Assembly (NCBI RefSeq): GCF_039654945.1
Contig: NW_027361751.1
Span: 29,450,001 to 29,514,000, forward strand
Source of the DNA: Dendrobates tinctorius
Lineage: Eukaryota
Direction: 5' to 3'
DNA length: 64,000 nucleotides
The notes below the pieces were generated by a model that saw only the letters and a program-made list of their open reading frames with translations, made no database searches and was not told the origin of the DNA. The translations under genes and the position numbers were made by a program. Below are positions 41,421 through 53,065 of the stretch, piece by piece (within the stretch, counting starts at the first letter, position 1; every line of letters begins with the position of its first letter).

Positions 41421-42722
41421 CTAGCTATGAACCCGTTCTACGCCCGGGTGGTGGGCATTTTTATTGGTATATGGTCTCCCATCCTGGTATGTGCTGCACC
41501 CCTCACCCCCCAATCCTGGTATGCATGGTACCCCCTTATCCATATACTGGTATTCATGGTTCCCTCACCCTCCAATCCTGGAATGCATTGCACCCCCTCA
41601 TCCCTATCGTGGTATCCATGGTACCCCCTCATCCCTATCGTATGCATGGTCCCCTCACCCCCCCTATCCTGGTATGCATGGTCCCCTCATCCCGCAATCC
41701 TGGTATGCATGGTCCCCTCACCCCCCCAATCCTGGTATGCATGGTCCCCTCACCCCCCCCCTATCCTGGTATGCATGGTCCTCTTACCCCCCTATCCTGG
41801 TATGCATGGTCCTCTCACCCCCCTATCCTGGTATGCATGGTCCTCTCACCCCCCTATCGTGGTATGCATTGCACCCCCTCATCCCTATCGTGGTATGCAT
41901 GGTACCCCCTCATCCCTATCGTGATATGCATGGTCCCCTCACCCCCCCTATCCTGGTATGCATGGTCCCCTCACCCCCCCTATCCTGGTATGCATGGTCC
42001 CCTCACCCCCCCTATCCTGGTATGCATCCCCTCACCCCCCCTATCCTGGTATGCATGGGCCTCTCACCCCCCCTATCCTGGTATGCATGGCCCTCTCACC
42101 CCCCTATCCTGGTATGCATCCCCTCACCCCCCTATCCTGGTATGCATGGTCCACTCACCCCCTACCCTGGTATGCATGGTCCACTCACCCCCTATCCTGG
42201 TATGCATGGCCCTCTCACCCCACTATCCTGGTATGCATGGTCCACTCACCCCCCCCAATCCTGATATTAATGTTCCTCCTCACCCCTATTAAACTGCACA
42301 TATTAAAAAGAAAAACATTTATACTCACCTTTCTTCTCTGTGTCCAGCGCTGTCCTGTTCTGGGCGTGTTATGGTGCCGGACTCAGCGCCTGCGCAGTCC
42401 TCGCTTTCCGCCACCATGTTCTTGAAGACACCACTGCAGTGTGTGTTCAACAAAATGGCGGCTGTAAGCGCGGACTGCGCAGGTGCAGATTCCGGCGCTA
42501 CAACACGCCAACTCCAGACACCTGAAGACGCAAGACCCCGCCGGCAACAGCCTCACCGGGTTCAGTAAAGTGTTGCGGAGATCGCGGTATGCGTTCAGTG
42601 CTTACGCATTACCGCGAACTCCTGGGAGTCTGCGTCACTGGGTCCAGACTGCGCAGGCGCGTCGCGCTTGCGCAGTCTATAGAGGCTTCAGACAGAGTGA
42701 CGCTTAGCTGTTATATTATAGA
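41421..42722 (-). mobile_element. Non-autonomous Helitron
   Basis: Minus strand A|TCTATAATATAA 5' end; CTAG|T 3' end; subterminal hairpin ACCCG...CGGGT (41431-41449); no TSD. Confidence 0.82.
41465..42290. repeat. About 30-32 bp C-rich minisatellite (CCCTCACCCCCCTATCCTGGTATGCATGGT) inside the Helitron
   Basis: Directly visible tandem array. Confidence 0.95.
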
Positions 42723-42899
42723 TAATACTGTGCACCTTCCATAGAATATTGCTGCCTAAAGTACACATATACACTCGCTACACAGACTTTCACACAGTCA
42801 TGTTCTCACACAGATGCACAAACTACATTGAGATATATATACACTGCTTAAAAAGTAAAGGGAACACTTACATTGTGTTTAACTCCAAGTCAATTTATG

Positions 42900-43760
42900 T
42901 GTTAGCGACTCCTGGAGTGGACCCTCTGGGTCGCGGCACCAACCCTCCCAGGGCGAGCTAGCCTAGTGAGGACCACCCCCTATACAGGGAGTGTCAGGAG
43001 CAAGCCCCAGGGGATACGATACCACGACAGCTGGCACCAGGCGGCCGGCTCACAGGAGATACGAGACTGTGTGACTGGAGGGTGCAGGATACTAGGGAAC
43101 ACAGGAGAATACACCGGAGTGTGCTGAGTACAGGATAGTGCAAGGCGGGTACACGTGGGCACTTAAGGCGTGTAGCGAGTAACAAATCCGGAGGTAGACA
43201 AAGCAGGACGCGTGCAAGGAGCACGACAGAGTACAGAATGAGGCAGCAGTCGTGCCAGGAGGTGTAACAGAACACAGGAATAAAGTGAATGCCAGGAGGC
43301 ACGACTGAGCGAGAAACAAGGGACAGGATACGAGAGGATGTGCCAGAAGGCACAACTGAGCATGAAGCAACAAGGGTTCAGAGCAAGTGCTAGGAGCACC
43401 ACAGAATAGCAGACAGAGCAGAGGACCTGAGAACAGCGCACAGCCAGGCTGGGACACAGCTGACCCAGCCAGGAAGCACAACAATAATCAGGCACGTCTG
43501 ATATGGCACATGACTACTACTGGTTCCGGGTCAGGACCTAGCCAGAAAGCACATGACTACTACTGGTTCCGGGTCAGGTCCTCCATTACCATAGAGAGTA
43601 CCGAGCCCTATACAGCACTGACAGGAGCACGCAAGCACAAACGTGACATGGAGGAGAAGACCCGGGGACGAGAGCTGCGCGTGCGCACCCGAGGGACCGC
43701 CGTACCGGAGGGAGTGACGTCGGGGCCGAAGCCCCGCCTCCTGGTGAGGGCGGCATAACA
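42900..43760. mobile_element. Solo LTR (861 bp)
   Basis: TGTTA...TAACA termini; perfect 5-bp TSD TTATG. Confidence 0.88.
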
Positions 43761-45052
43761 TTATGAAATCAACCTGTCCAGTTATGAAGCAACACTGATT
43801 GTGAATCAATTTCTCCTGCTGTTGTGCAAATGGAACAGACAGCAGGTAGAAATGATAGGCAATTAGCAAGACAACCCCTATAAAAGAGCGGTTCTGCAGG
43901 GGGTGACCACAGACCATTTTTCTGTTATCATCCTTTTCGACTGTTTTTTTGGTCACTTTTGCATTTTGTCATTGCTCTCACCCCTAGAGTTACAGTACAG
44001 TAGCATGAGGTGGTGTCTACAACCCACAGAAGTTGCTCACGTAGTGCAGCTCATCCAGGATGGCCCATTAATGCAAGCGGTGGCAAGAAGGGTATCTATG
44101 TCTGTCAGCACAGTGTTCGGAGCATGGAGCAGATTCCAGGAGACATGGAGGGGTCATAGTAGGGCAACATCCCAGCAGCAGGACCTCTACCTTCCTCCTT
44201 TGTGCAAGGAGAAACAGTGCCAGAGCCCTGCAACATAACCTCACAGTCCACCATGTCTGCTCAAACTGTCAGAAACAGACTCCATGAGGGTGGTATGAGG
44301 GCCTGAAATCCATGAGTGGGTGTTTTGCTTACAGCCCAACTCTGTGCAGAGCAATTGGCATTTGCAGAGAACACAAAGATTGGCAGTTTTGACATTGGCG
44401 CCCTGTGCGCTTCACGGATGAGATCAGGTTAACACTTGCACATGTGAAAGAGTCTGGAGACGCCGTGGACAACATTCTGCTGCCTGCAACATCCTCCAGC
44501 ATGACTGGTTTCTGGTCCCTGAAAAATGCCCACAGGAAAATTGCCCACACAGAAAATTGCCCACACAGAAAATTGCCGATTGCAGCATCATGAACTTTAA
44601 GATCTAAGATTTTTGAGGTGTAAGGTGAGGATGTTCACATGATATGTGATCAACTTGTGATTTACTGTTGATCTAGTGCAAAACTGCAAAAATGAAGATC
44701 TGTGTTTGTAGCAGTCTGTCATTATCAGCAAAAGATAGATATAGTCTGCTCTCATCTCTCACTGATTCTGCCTTACTCTTCCCACCAGCCTAAAACAGCA
44801 GTACATGCAGAACCAGGAGCAGTGTGTGATGCAGAGGAGCCATCACTGCTATCAGTACTCACAAAAGTATCACTGTATTATCTGTGGAGTTACATGTCAC
44901 ATGTAATACATTAACATCTCAGTGGGAGCCCACCAAAAGCAGGGAGCTGCTGGCAGAGACAGATGTTCCTGGAAGCCCAGAAGGCACAGCAGAAAGCTGA
45001 GATTCTGCAACTTGAACTACCTTGTGTTCTTGCTGAGAATGTATGTTTTTTG

Positions 45053-45980
45053 CAGTGGTGTAACTGGAGTCCGATGGGCCCCAGTGCGAAATTTGGACCT
45101 GCCCCCCCCCCCACACACACACACGTTGGTCAGATGTATGGGCCACTGTAGTGTTCTAAATTCTATAAAGACTTATGAATTGCCCCCTTCATTATGTAGT
45201 AAAATGTCCCCCATCCTGGTATATATGCCCATCATCCTGGTGAATATGTCCGCATTCTGGTATATATGGTCCCCATCCTGGTATGTATGGTCCACATGGT
45301 CTCCATCCTGGTATATATGCCCCCTTCCTGGTTTACATGGTCCCCAATCCTAGTGTATATGTCCCCGTTCTGCCCCTAAAGATAATTAAAAACAAAAACA
45401 TTCTTCTCACCTTTCCTCTGCTCCCACGTCGCCCAGGGTCTTTTGTAGCTACTGTACAGCCCGGCAGCTGACATCGGAGTGTGCGCCATTGCCATGCGCC
45501 GCTCCCTGTGGCTTCTCCGACGTCAGCAACACGATGCATGTAATCTGGATCTGCATCTTCAGTGAGGACGGAGAACCAGCAGAAGCAGGCACCTGTACCC
45601 CTGTGCCTGGTCGTAGCCTTGTTTCCTGCGACCACAGTCGTTGCACCTCTGTGCTTTTTTCTGTTGGTGAACCAATAGTCTTACCAATGTGTGTTACCCG
45701 CACCCTGTGTTGTCTGAGTGGTGTTCTACCCATGGGGATCGAGTGTGGGCATTAAGTGGGATGAGCTCTGGTTCTTGCAGGCTCTCGAAAGACAGCCAGG
45801 CCAGCAGACAAAAGCCTCCACTGACCGGTGTGTCTCCTTAGTGATGTCACTGACCAACAGAGGACCCGGAAGCGCCGCTCTCCTATTCATTGGCAGTGAA
45901 TCTGGCGCCTGCACTTCCTTCCCTGTCCACTTATGGCTACCAAGAGTAAGAGTGAACAGATCCTACGTAGTTATGTATCA
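45053..45980. mobile_element. Degenerate hAT-like non-autonomous element with a roughly 21-bp minisatellite (45205-45370)
   Basis: CAGTGGTGTAACT left end; weak AGTTATG right end. Confidence 0.45.
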
Positions 45981-46503
45981 TACACTTATACTGCAGGTGT
46001 GGGCAGGCATAGGATGAAGGAAAATGCAGAATGGATTGGAATCAGGGTCTCTAGGCTCATACACACCACACTGAGCGTGGAATGACAACTCGTAAGAACA
46101 GAATCTGTCCTCTGGGACTAGGTATGAGTGACCCGAACCTGTAGAGCCCGGAGCAGTCAGCTGGGCCCAGAGACCTGTGGTGAAATCCAGTCTGCATCTT
46201 CTTTGCTGCCTGTGTTGTGCTGTATTGTATTTTAATGGAGCCCATTGAAGTCACCGGACTTTCCTTGTTGACATTATTTCACATGTTCCTTCCAGCACTC
46301 CCCCACCCCCCCAATTGTTTTAAATTGGCAATCCTGTGATTCCTTTTGGTACAACCCCAGTGAACAACGGCTTTCCTGTTGTGCCAGCCAATTGTATTTT
46401 GGTTAAAACATGTACCTTAATAGCTCTATCCCTATATTTTTTTTCAATAAAAGTGTATTTTGAGTTCATCTCAAGTATTCTATTTCTTCATGTAGTGCAA
46501 ACA

Positions 46504-46730
46504 ATGGAGTTTTCAAGACGCCAGAGGAACAACAAAGTTGTGATTTACTTGGGAGTTTGAAGATCTTGCGTTTCATACTATCAGCGCAGCGGTGACTTGG
46601 AAATGACGACTGCATCGCTCTTCAAAGGGCCATTCAGTTCTCAAAACAAAAGATGACAACGTAGTTCAAGAACCAACAGAACATTATCATGACTCCTGCC
46701 CTCAAAAAGCCTAAGCAAATGTGCTGCAGA
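46504..46730 (+). pseudogene. FLYWCH zinc-finger remnant (transposase N-terminus)
   Basis: MEFSRRQRNNKVVIYLG /+1 fs/ FEDLAFHTISAAVTWK*RLHRSSKGHSVLKTKDDNVVQEPTEHYHDSCPQKA; both expected Cys codons are one change from TGY (TGA, GGC). Confidence 0.7.
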
Positions 46731-47786
46731 GCATCTCTCCTAGAATTCTATACTATTCTCCTGTCCTGCAGAGCATCTCACCTATACCTGTATACTATCC
46801 CCCTGTCCTGCAGAGCATCTCACCTATACCTGCATACTATCCCCCTGTCCTGCAGAGCATCTCTCCTAGAATTCTATATTATTCTCCTGCCCTTCAGAGC
46901 ATCTAACTTATAATTCTATATTTTTCTCCTGTCCTGCAGAGCATCTCACCTATACCTGTATGCTATCTCCCTGTCCTGCAGAGCATTTAACCTATAATTC
47001 TATACTATTCTCTGTCCTGCAGAGCATCTCATCTATAATTCTATACTATTCTCTGTCCTGCAGAGCATCTCACCTATAATTCTATACTATTCTCTGCCCT
47101 GCAGGGCATCTCACCTATAATTCTATACTATTCTCTGTCCTGCAGAGCATCTCACCTATACCTGCATACTATCCCCCTGTCCTGCAGAGCATCTCTCCTA
47201 GAATTCTATATTATTCTCCTGCCCTTCAGAGCATCTAACTTATAATTCTATATTTTTCTCCTGTCCTGCAGAGCATCTCACCTATACCTGTATGCTATCT
47301 CCCTGTCCTGCAGAGCATTTAACCTATAATTCTATACTATTCTCTGTCCTGCAGAGCATCTCATCTATAATTCTATACTATTCTCTGTCCTGCAGAGCAT
47401 CTCACCTATAATTCTATACTATTCTCTGCCCTGCAGGGCATCTCACCTATAATTCTATACTATTCTCTGTCCTGCAGGGCATCTCACCTATAATTCTATA
47501 CTATTCTCTGCCCTGCAGGGCATCTCACCTATAATTCTATACTATTCTCTGTCCTGCAGAGCATCTCACCTATAATTCTATACTATTCTCTGTCCTGCAG
47601 AGCATCTCACCTATAATTCTCTACTATTCTCTGTTCTGCAGAGCATCTCACCTATAATTCTATATTATTGTTCTGCCCTGGAGAGCATCCACGTATACTT
47701 GCATATTATCCCCCTGCCTGTCCTGCAGAGTATTTAACCTATAGATCTATGCTATTCTCTGTCCTGCAGAGCATTTAACCTATAAT
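46724..47786. repeat. 41-42 bp satellite (CTGCAGAGCATCTCACCTATAATTCTATACTATTCTCTGTC), resuming at 54070-54115
   Basis: About 25 copies; 332-bp higher-order duplication. Confidence 0.95.
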
Positions 47787-49904
47787 TGGATCACCCCCAG
47801 GGCTGTGGGATACTCGGTACCGGGCCGGTGTCTTAAAGGGATAGGTCGCGGTGGCAGTGACCAGGTCCGTGGCCCTTGGTGTCCATGTAAAATGGGTGAA
47901 ATGTAGCTGAATAAAGTTTATAGGTAGATGATTCGTGACGCCACCTGTGGTGCTCGGTAAGGAAGATGTTAAGCCGACGCTGTGGTGCAGACCCTCTGGG
48001 ACAGATGATGTGGCGCAGCAAAGATGTAATAGCTCCCCACAGGCAGAGCTGTAGTCCCAGGGCAGTAGTAATAGGTGTTGAGGTAGATGGTGTAGTGTTA
48101 GGCACAGAGATGTAGCAGTGCTGAGTGGGTTGCAGGAAGAATTCAAAGAACACAATAGAGTGTAGTTTCTTTTACCTTTACTGAAGGTACAGTCCAGGAT
48201 TCAGATTACAGGTGGTACAGGAATTGGTCAGCCTGGAAGCAACTTGGGAATCTCTCTATGCAGATAGGTTGTGTAGTCTCCTTCCTAGTGCTAATCTGAA
48301 GTACTTGCAGTTCTGAATTACACTCAAGTTCCTCTTGCTTGCTGTTACTTGAACTCCACTCGCATGGCAGGCAGCTGTAGCCTTCTCTCTCTGGCTCACA
48401 CACGTTGCTGCTGTGACTCCGAGTCTTAGGTGGGAACAGAGCATTTACAGCCTCTTGTTCCTCCGGTTTCTGCTGCAGGATCATTAGTATCCATACAGCC
48501 TCGGACACCGGGGTCCGGTCAATGCGCTTCAGCTGGGAGTGAGCTTAAAGGGGTTGTCTGGGCTTTTCACATAATCTCAGTACATATTTGGGCTGCAGAA
48601 TTATGACAATAAGTAATTTACTTTCTGTCACTAGTTTGCACGGTTTTCTAGATATTCTGAACAGAACGTCCAAGGGGGGGGTGTTATGGCATTGAAATGA
48701 GAACTAGTCGTAACCTCCTACTCTACTCCAAACATGCCCTCTATAGCAACAACCCCACCCTCCATAGCTACAGGCCCTCCCCGTCCACATGAAGAAGCCC
48801 TCATCACACAGTAAGGAATAGTGATGGGAAGTTCAGCTCTTTTTAGTGATCCGGCTCATTCGGCTCCGCTCACCATAAAGAGCCGGCTCTTTTGGCTCTT
48901 TAAACGGCTCTTTTTTAAATAGAAATCCGTTTTCCACAGTCTTCGTTCTAGGTCTTTGCCTGTAAAGTGAGGGCCTCATTATACACCTGTATAAGGATCT
49001 AGTGACGCAGTGTAGACTGTTATTCAGCATTGCTGCTTCCTCAGATTGTCAGCTCTTGTGATCAGCCCCCGGCTGAGTGGGTTGCAGGAAGAATTCAAAG
49101 AACACAATAGAGTGTAGTTTTTTGTTAATGTCCTTTGTGAATTAGTAAGTGCTGTGATATGTGTTGGTGCACCTGATGCATCCTGATCCTGATGCAAACG
49201 CAGGTCCGTGCGTCCCTATGTTAAGTATAGGGATGTAATCTGGCTCAGGATGCATCAGGATTGCTACACATCACAGCGCACCGTACCACAACGCTAGTGT
49301 GAACGCAGACCCACTCGTACAGCCCCTAACCAGGTGCCCCCATGTCATATACATGCTCCCAATACATTATCATTACCACACTGTAACACAGGGCATAAGC
49401 CCTTCTAGTGAAACATCACTATATGACAGAGCAGCGTGCGGACATAGTCTATATTATGTCTGCATACTGGTCCCATACAGCACTTCCCTCGCTTCCGAGC
49501 ATGCTCAGTGCCGCAAAACGGATCCCTGCACACGGAAGCACATGGATCCATGTTGTCCTGGATCCGTGCCCCATAGAGCTCCATGTTAATTCCAGACGTG
49601 TAGCCGCGGATCCGTGCGTCTCCCTGCGCCTGCGTGTTTTTCAGATGACACAAAACTGCAACAAGTTGTGTTTTTGTGCATCTTATAAAACATGCCGACA
49701 CAGCGATCCGTGGGAAAACGGTGACATCTGGATGCACAGTCCCATCCTTCACCACTACAAGTCAATGGAGACAAAAACGGATCCGTGTGCATCCAAAATA
49801 TGCAAGTGTGACACCAGCGTCACCCTATATAATGATTGGGGCTGGACCTGATCTCTCCACAGGTTTTGCCTAAAATCACTTTATATTCCTTCCCCTACCC
49901 TTAG

Positions 49905-50118
49905 GGCTCATACTCACTTGCGAGAGAGTCGCGTGATTCTCGTGCGAGTCTCTCGCATGGAAACCTGGCACTGCTGCCGGCACTGGGACTGGAGCGTGCG
50001 TCTGCATAGAAATACATGTAACCACACGCTCCGGTCCGAGTGCTGGTGGCAGTGCCAGGTTTCCATGCGAGAGACTCGCACGAGAATCACGTGTGTCTCT
50101 CACAAGTGAGTATAAGCC
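49905..50118. mobile_element. Harbinger-type palindromic MITE
   Basis: GGCTCATACTCACTTG ... CAAGTGAGTATAAGCC; about 95-bp arms. Confidence 0.8.
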
Positions 50119-50179
50119 ATTAGCAGAAACAACTGCCGCCGTCTATCCTCCTCCCTGTAGTGTTGTCCTGAATCCTCCT

Positions 50180-50498
50180 GGCCCTGCGTTCAACGGGATC
50201 CGTTACATAGCGGCACTAACGCTATGTAGCAGATGCGTTAACGCACCCTTTGGCCGCAATGATACTAACGCATCCAAAATCAGCATGATGTGTTACTTCA
50301 TGACGCACCCTTGAACGCGGTCTGCAGCATTTGTGAGTGCGTCATGAAGTAACGCATCATGCTGATTTTGGCATCCGTTTGGATGCGTCAGTAGCAATAT
50401 GGCCAATGGGGGCGTTAGCACATCCGTTATATAGCGTTAGTGCCGCTATGTAACGATCCCGTTGAACGCAGGGCCATTAACGCAATGTGAACCTGGCC
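50180..50498. mobile_element. Harbinger-type palindromic MITE (left end truncated)
   Basis: GGCCCTGCGTTCAACGGGATC / GATCCCGTTGAACGCAGGGCC; right end TGTGAACCTGGCC|TAA. Confidence 0.65.
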
Positions 50499-51458
50499 TA
50501 ATACTATGAGAAAATGATATACCAAACAATGTGCGGAGTCCCTCCTCCTACACATACCATGTACTGTATGTATAATGAAGTGTATATTTGGGACTAAAGG
50601 TAACACACAGGTCATTGCAGATGATAATGACAAACAATGTGCTGCGTCCCTCCTCTTACATATAGTCACATACCATATATGCCATGGAGAAACTGGCAGG
50701 ATATATTTGGGACTGAAGGGTAAACTCACGTGCATTTATTCACATCTCCTCCTCTCCTGACTGCTCCTCCCCCCCAGATGAGTCACAGTCAGGCTTCACT
50801 AAGCTACCAGGCGCCAAAAAAAAAATATCGGCTCGTTCACCCTGCAGAGCCGACTCATTTCGTTCACAGCAGGGAGCCGGCTCTTTGTATCGGATCGTTC
50901 ACGAACGACATATCACTAGAAATGAATTCTTCCCCTCCAGCAGCCTCAGTGCAGAGAGCAGAGAGCTGCTCCTCCCCCAGACACACACTGAACAGTTATC
51001 TATGGAAAGTGAAACTAGTGAGGAGGTAAAATCGTCCTGTATTCTGGGCCACTCCATGATTACCATACATAACTCATCAGTGATTCCTTCCCTCACTGTC
51101 CTAGGCTGCTGGCAGCAGTGAGAACAGACTATGTGATGGCCAGTGATGGGGGTCTGAAGCTTCTAATCTGCACAGGGGATGGCAGTCACTGATGTAATCT
51201 GTTGTGTGACAAAGCCTCTGCTGTGTGAATGAGACAGCTCTGTGTCACTGATGTCTTCACACAGCAGCAGATTTGGTGCAGTGTATGTGCGAAGCTCCAC
51301 CAAACTCCCAAACTCCCAGCAAGCTCCAGTGACCAGCACCACCCACTGCCCACTCATTGGCTGGCAGTAAACTGCACCAGCACTCATCTTTATCATCATT
51401 CCAGCAATGGAAAGAACACAGCAGTGATCCTGTATTTGTGAAAGCAGCACAATACATA

Positions 51459-53065
51459 CAGTGGGGCAAAAAAGTATTTAGTCAGTCAGCAATAGTGCAA
51501 GTTCCACCACTTAAAAAGATGAGAGGCGTCTGTAATTTACATCATAGGTAGACCTCAACTATGGGAGACAAACTGAGAAAAAAAAATCTAGAAAATCACA
51601 TTGTCTGTTTTTTTTTTCATTTTATTTGCATATTATGGTGGAAAATAAGTATTTGGTCAGAAACAAAATTTCATCTCAATACTTTGTGATATATCCTTTG
51701 TTGGCAATGACAGAGGTCAAACGTTTTCTGTAAGTCTTCACAAGGTTGCCACACACTGTTGTTGGTATGTTGGCCCATTCCTCCATGCAGATCTCCTCTA
51801 GAGCAGTGATGTTTTTGGCTTTTCGCTTGGCAACACGGACTTTCAACTCCCTCCAAAGGTTTTCTATAGGGTTGAGATCTGGAGACTGGCTAGGCCACTC
51901 CAGGACCTTGAAATGCTTCTTACGAAGCCACTCCTTCGTTGCCCTGGCGGTGTGCTTTGGATCATTGTCATGTTGAAAGACCCAGCCACGTTTCATATTC
52001 AATGCCCTTGCTGATGGAAGGAGGATTGCACTCAAAATCTCACGATACATGGCCCCATTCATTCTTTCATGTACCCGGATCAGTCGTCCTGGCCCCTTTG
52101 CAGAGAAACAGCCCCAAAGCATGATGTTTCCACCACCATGCTTTACAGTAGGTATGGTGTTTGATGGATGCAACTCAGTATTCTTTTTCCTCCAAACACG
52201 ACAAGTTGTGTTTCTACCAAACAGTTCCAGTTTGGTTTCATCAGACCATAGGACATTCTCCCAAAACTCCTCTGGATCATCCAAATGCTCTCTAGCAAAC
52301 TTCAGACGGGCCCGGACATGTACAGGCTTAAGCAGTGGGACACGTCTGGCACTGCAGGATCTGAGTCCATGGTGGCGTAGTGTGTTACTTATGGTAGGCC
52401 TTGTTACATTGCTCCCAGCTCTCTGCAGTTCATTCACTAGGTCCCCCCGCGTGGTTCTGGGATTTTTGCTCACCGTTCTTGTGATCATTCTGACCCCACG
52501 GGGTGGGATTTTGCGTGGAGCACCAGATCGAGGGAGATTATCAGTGGTCTTGTATGTCTTCCATTTTCTAAATATTGCTCACACAGTTGATTTCTTCACT
52601 CCAAGCTGGTTGGCTATTGCAGATTCAGTCTTCCCAGCCTGGTGCAGGGCTACAATTTTGTTTCTGGTGTCCGTTGACAGCTCTTTGGTCTTCACCATAC
52701 TGGAGTTTGGAGTCAGACTGTTTGAGGGTGTGCACAGGTGTCTTTTTATACTGATAACAAGTTTAAACAGGTGCCATTACTACAGGTAATGAGTGGAGGA
52801 AAGAGGAGACTCTTAAAGAAGAAGTTACAGGTCTGTGAGAGCCAGAAATCTTGATTGCTTGTTTCTGACCAAATACTTATTTTCCACCATAATATGCAAA
52901 TAAAATGAAAAAAAAACAGACAATGTGATTTTCTGGATTTTTTTTTCTCAGTTTGTCTCCCATAGTTGAGGTCTACCTATGATGTAAATTACAGACGCCT
53001 CTCATCTTTTTAAGTGGTGGAACTTGCACTATTGCTGACTGACTAAATACTTTTTTGCCCCACTG
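51459..53065 (-). mobile_element. Tc1-like DD34E transposon, nearly intact (transposase 52698->51676, 340 codons, one TGA at codon 40)
   Basis: TA|CAGTGGGGCAAAAAAGTATTT TIRs, about 210 bp and near-identical; WSDETK / QHDNDPKH / SPDLNPIE with 34-residue D-E spacing. Confidence 0.96.

Larger units (their letters stand above)
48819..50918. mobile_element. hAT-type non-autonomous element containing Harbinger MITEs
   Basis: TAGTGATG...TATCACTA termini; TSD GTAAGGAA / GAAATGAA; subterminal GAGCCGGCTC repeats. Confidence 0.75.

Noticed and set aside
41393-42425. 299-aa and 266-aa Pro-rich ORFs
   Set aside because: Translations of the minisatellite inside the Helitron
46724-47786. Regularly spaced repeats resembling a CRISPR array
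   Set aside because: Head-to-tail units without unique spacers; no cas genes; eukaryotic context
52049-52789. 246-aa plus-strand ORF
   Set aside because: Antisense shadow of the Tc1 transposase
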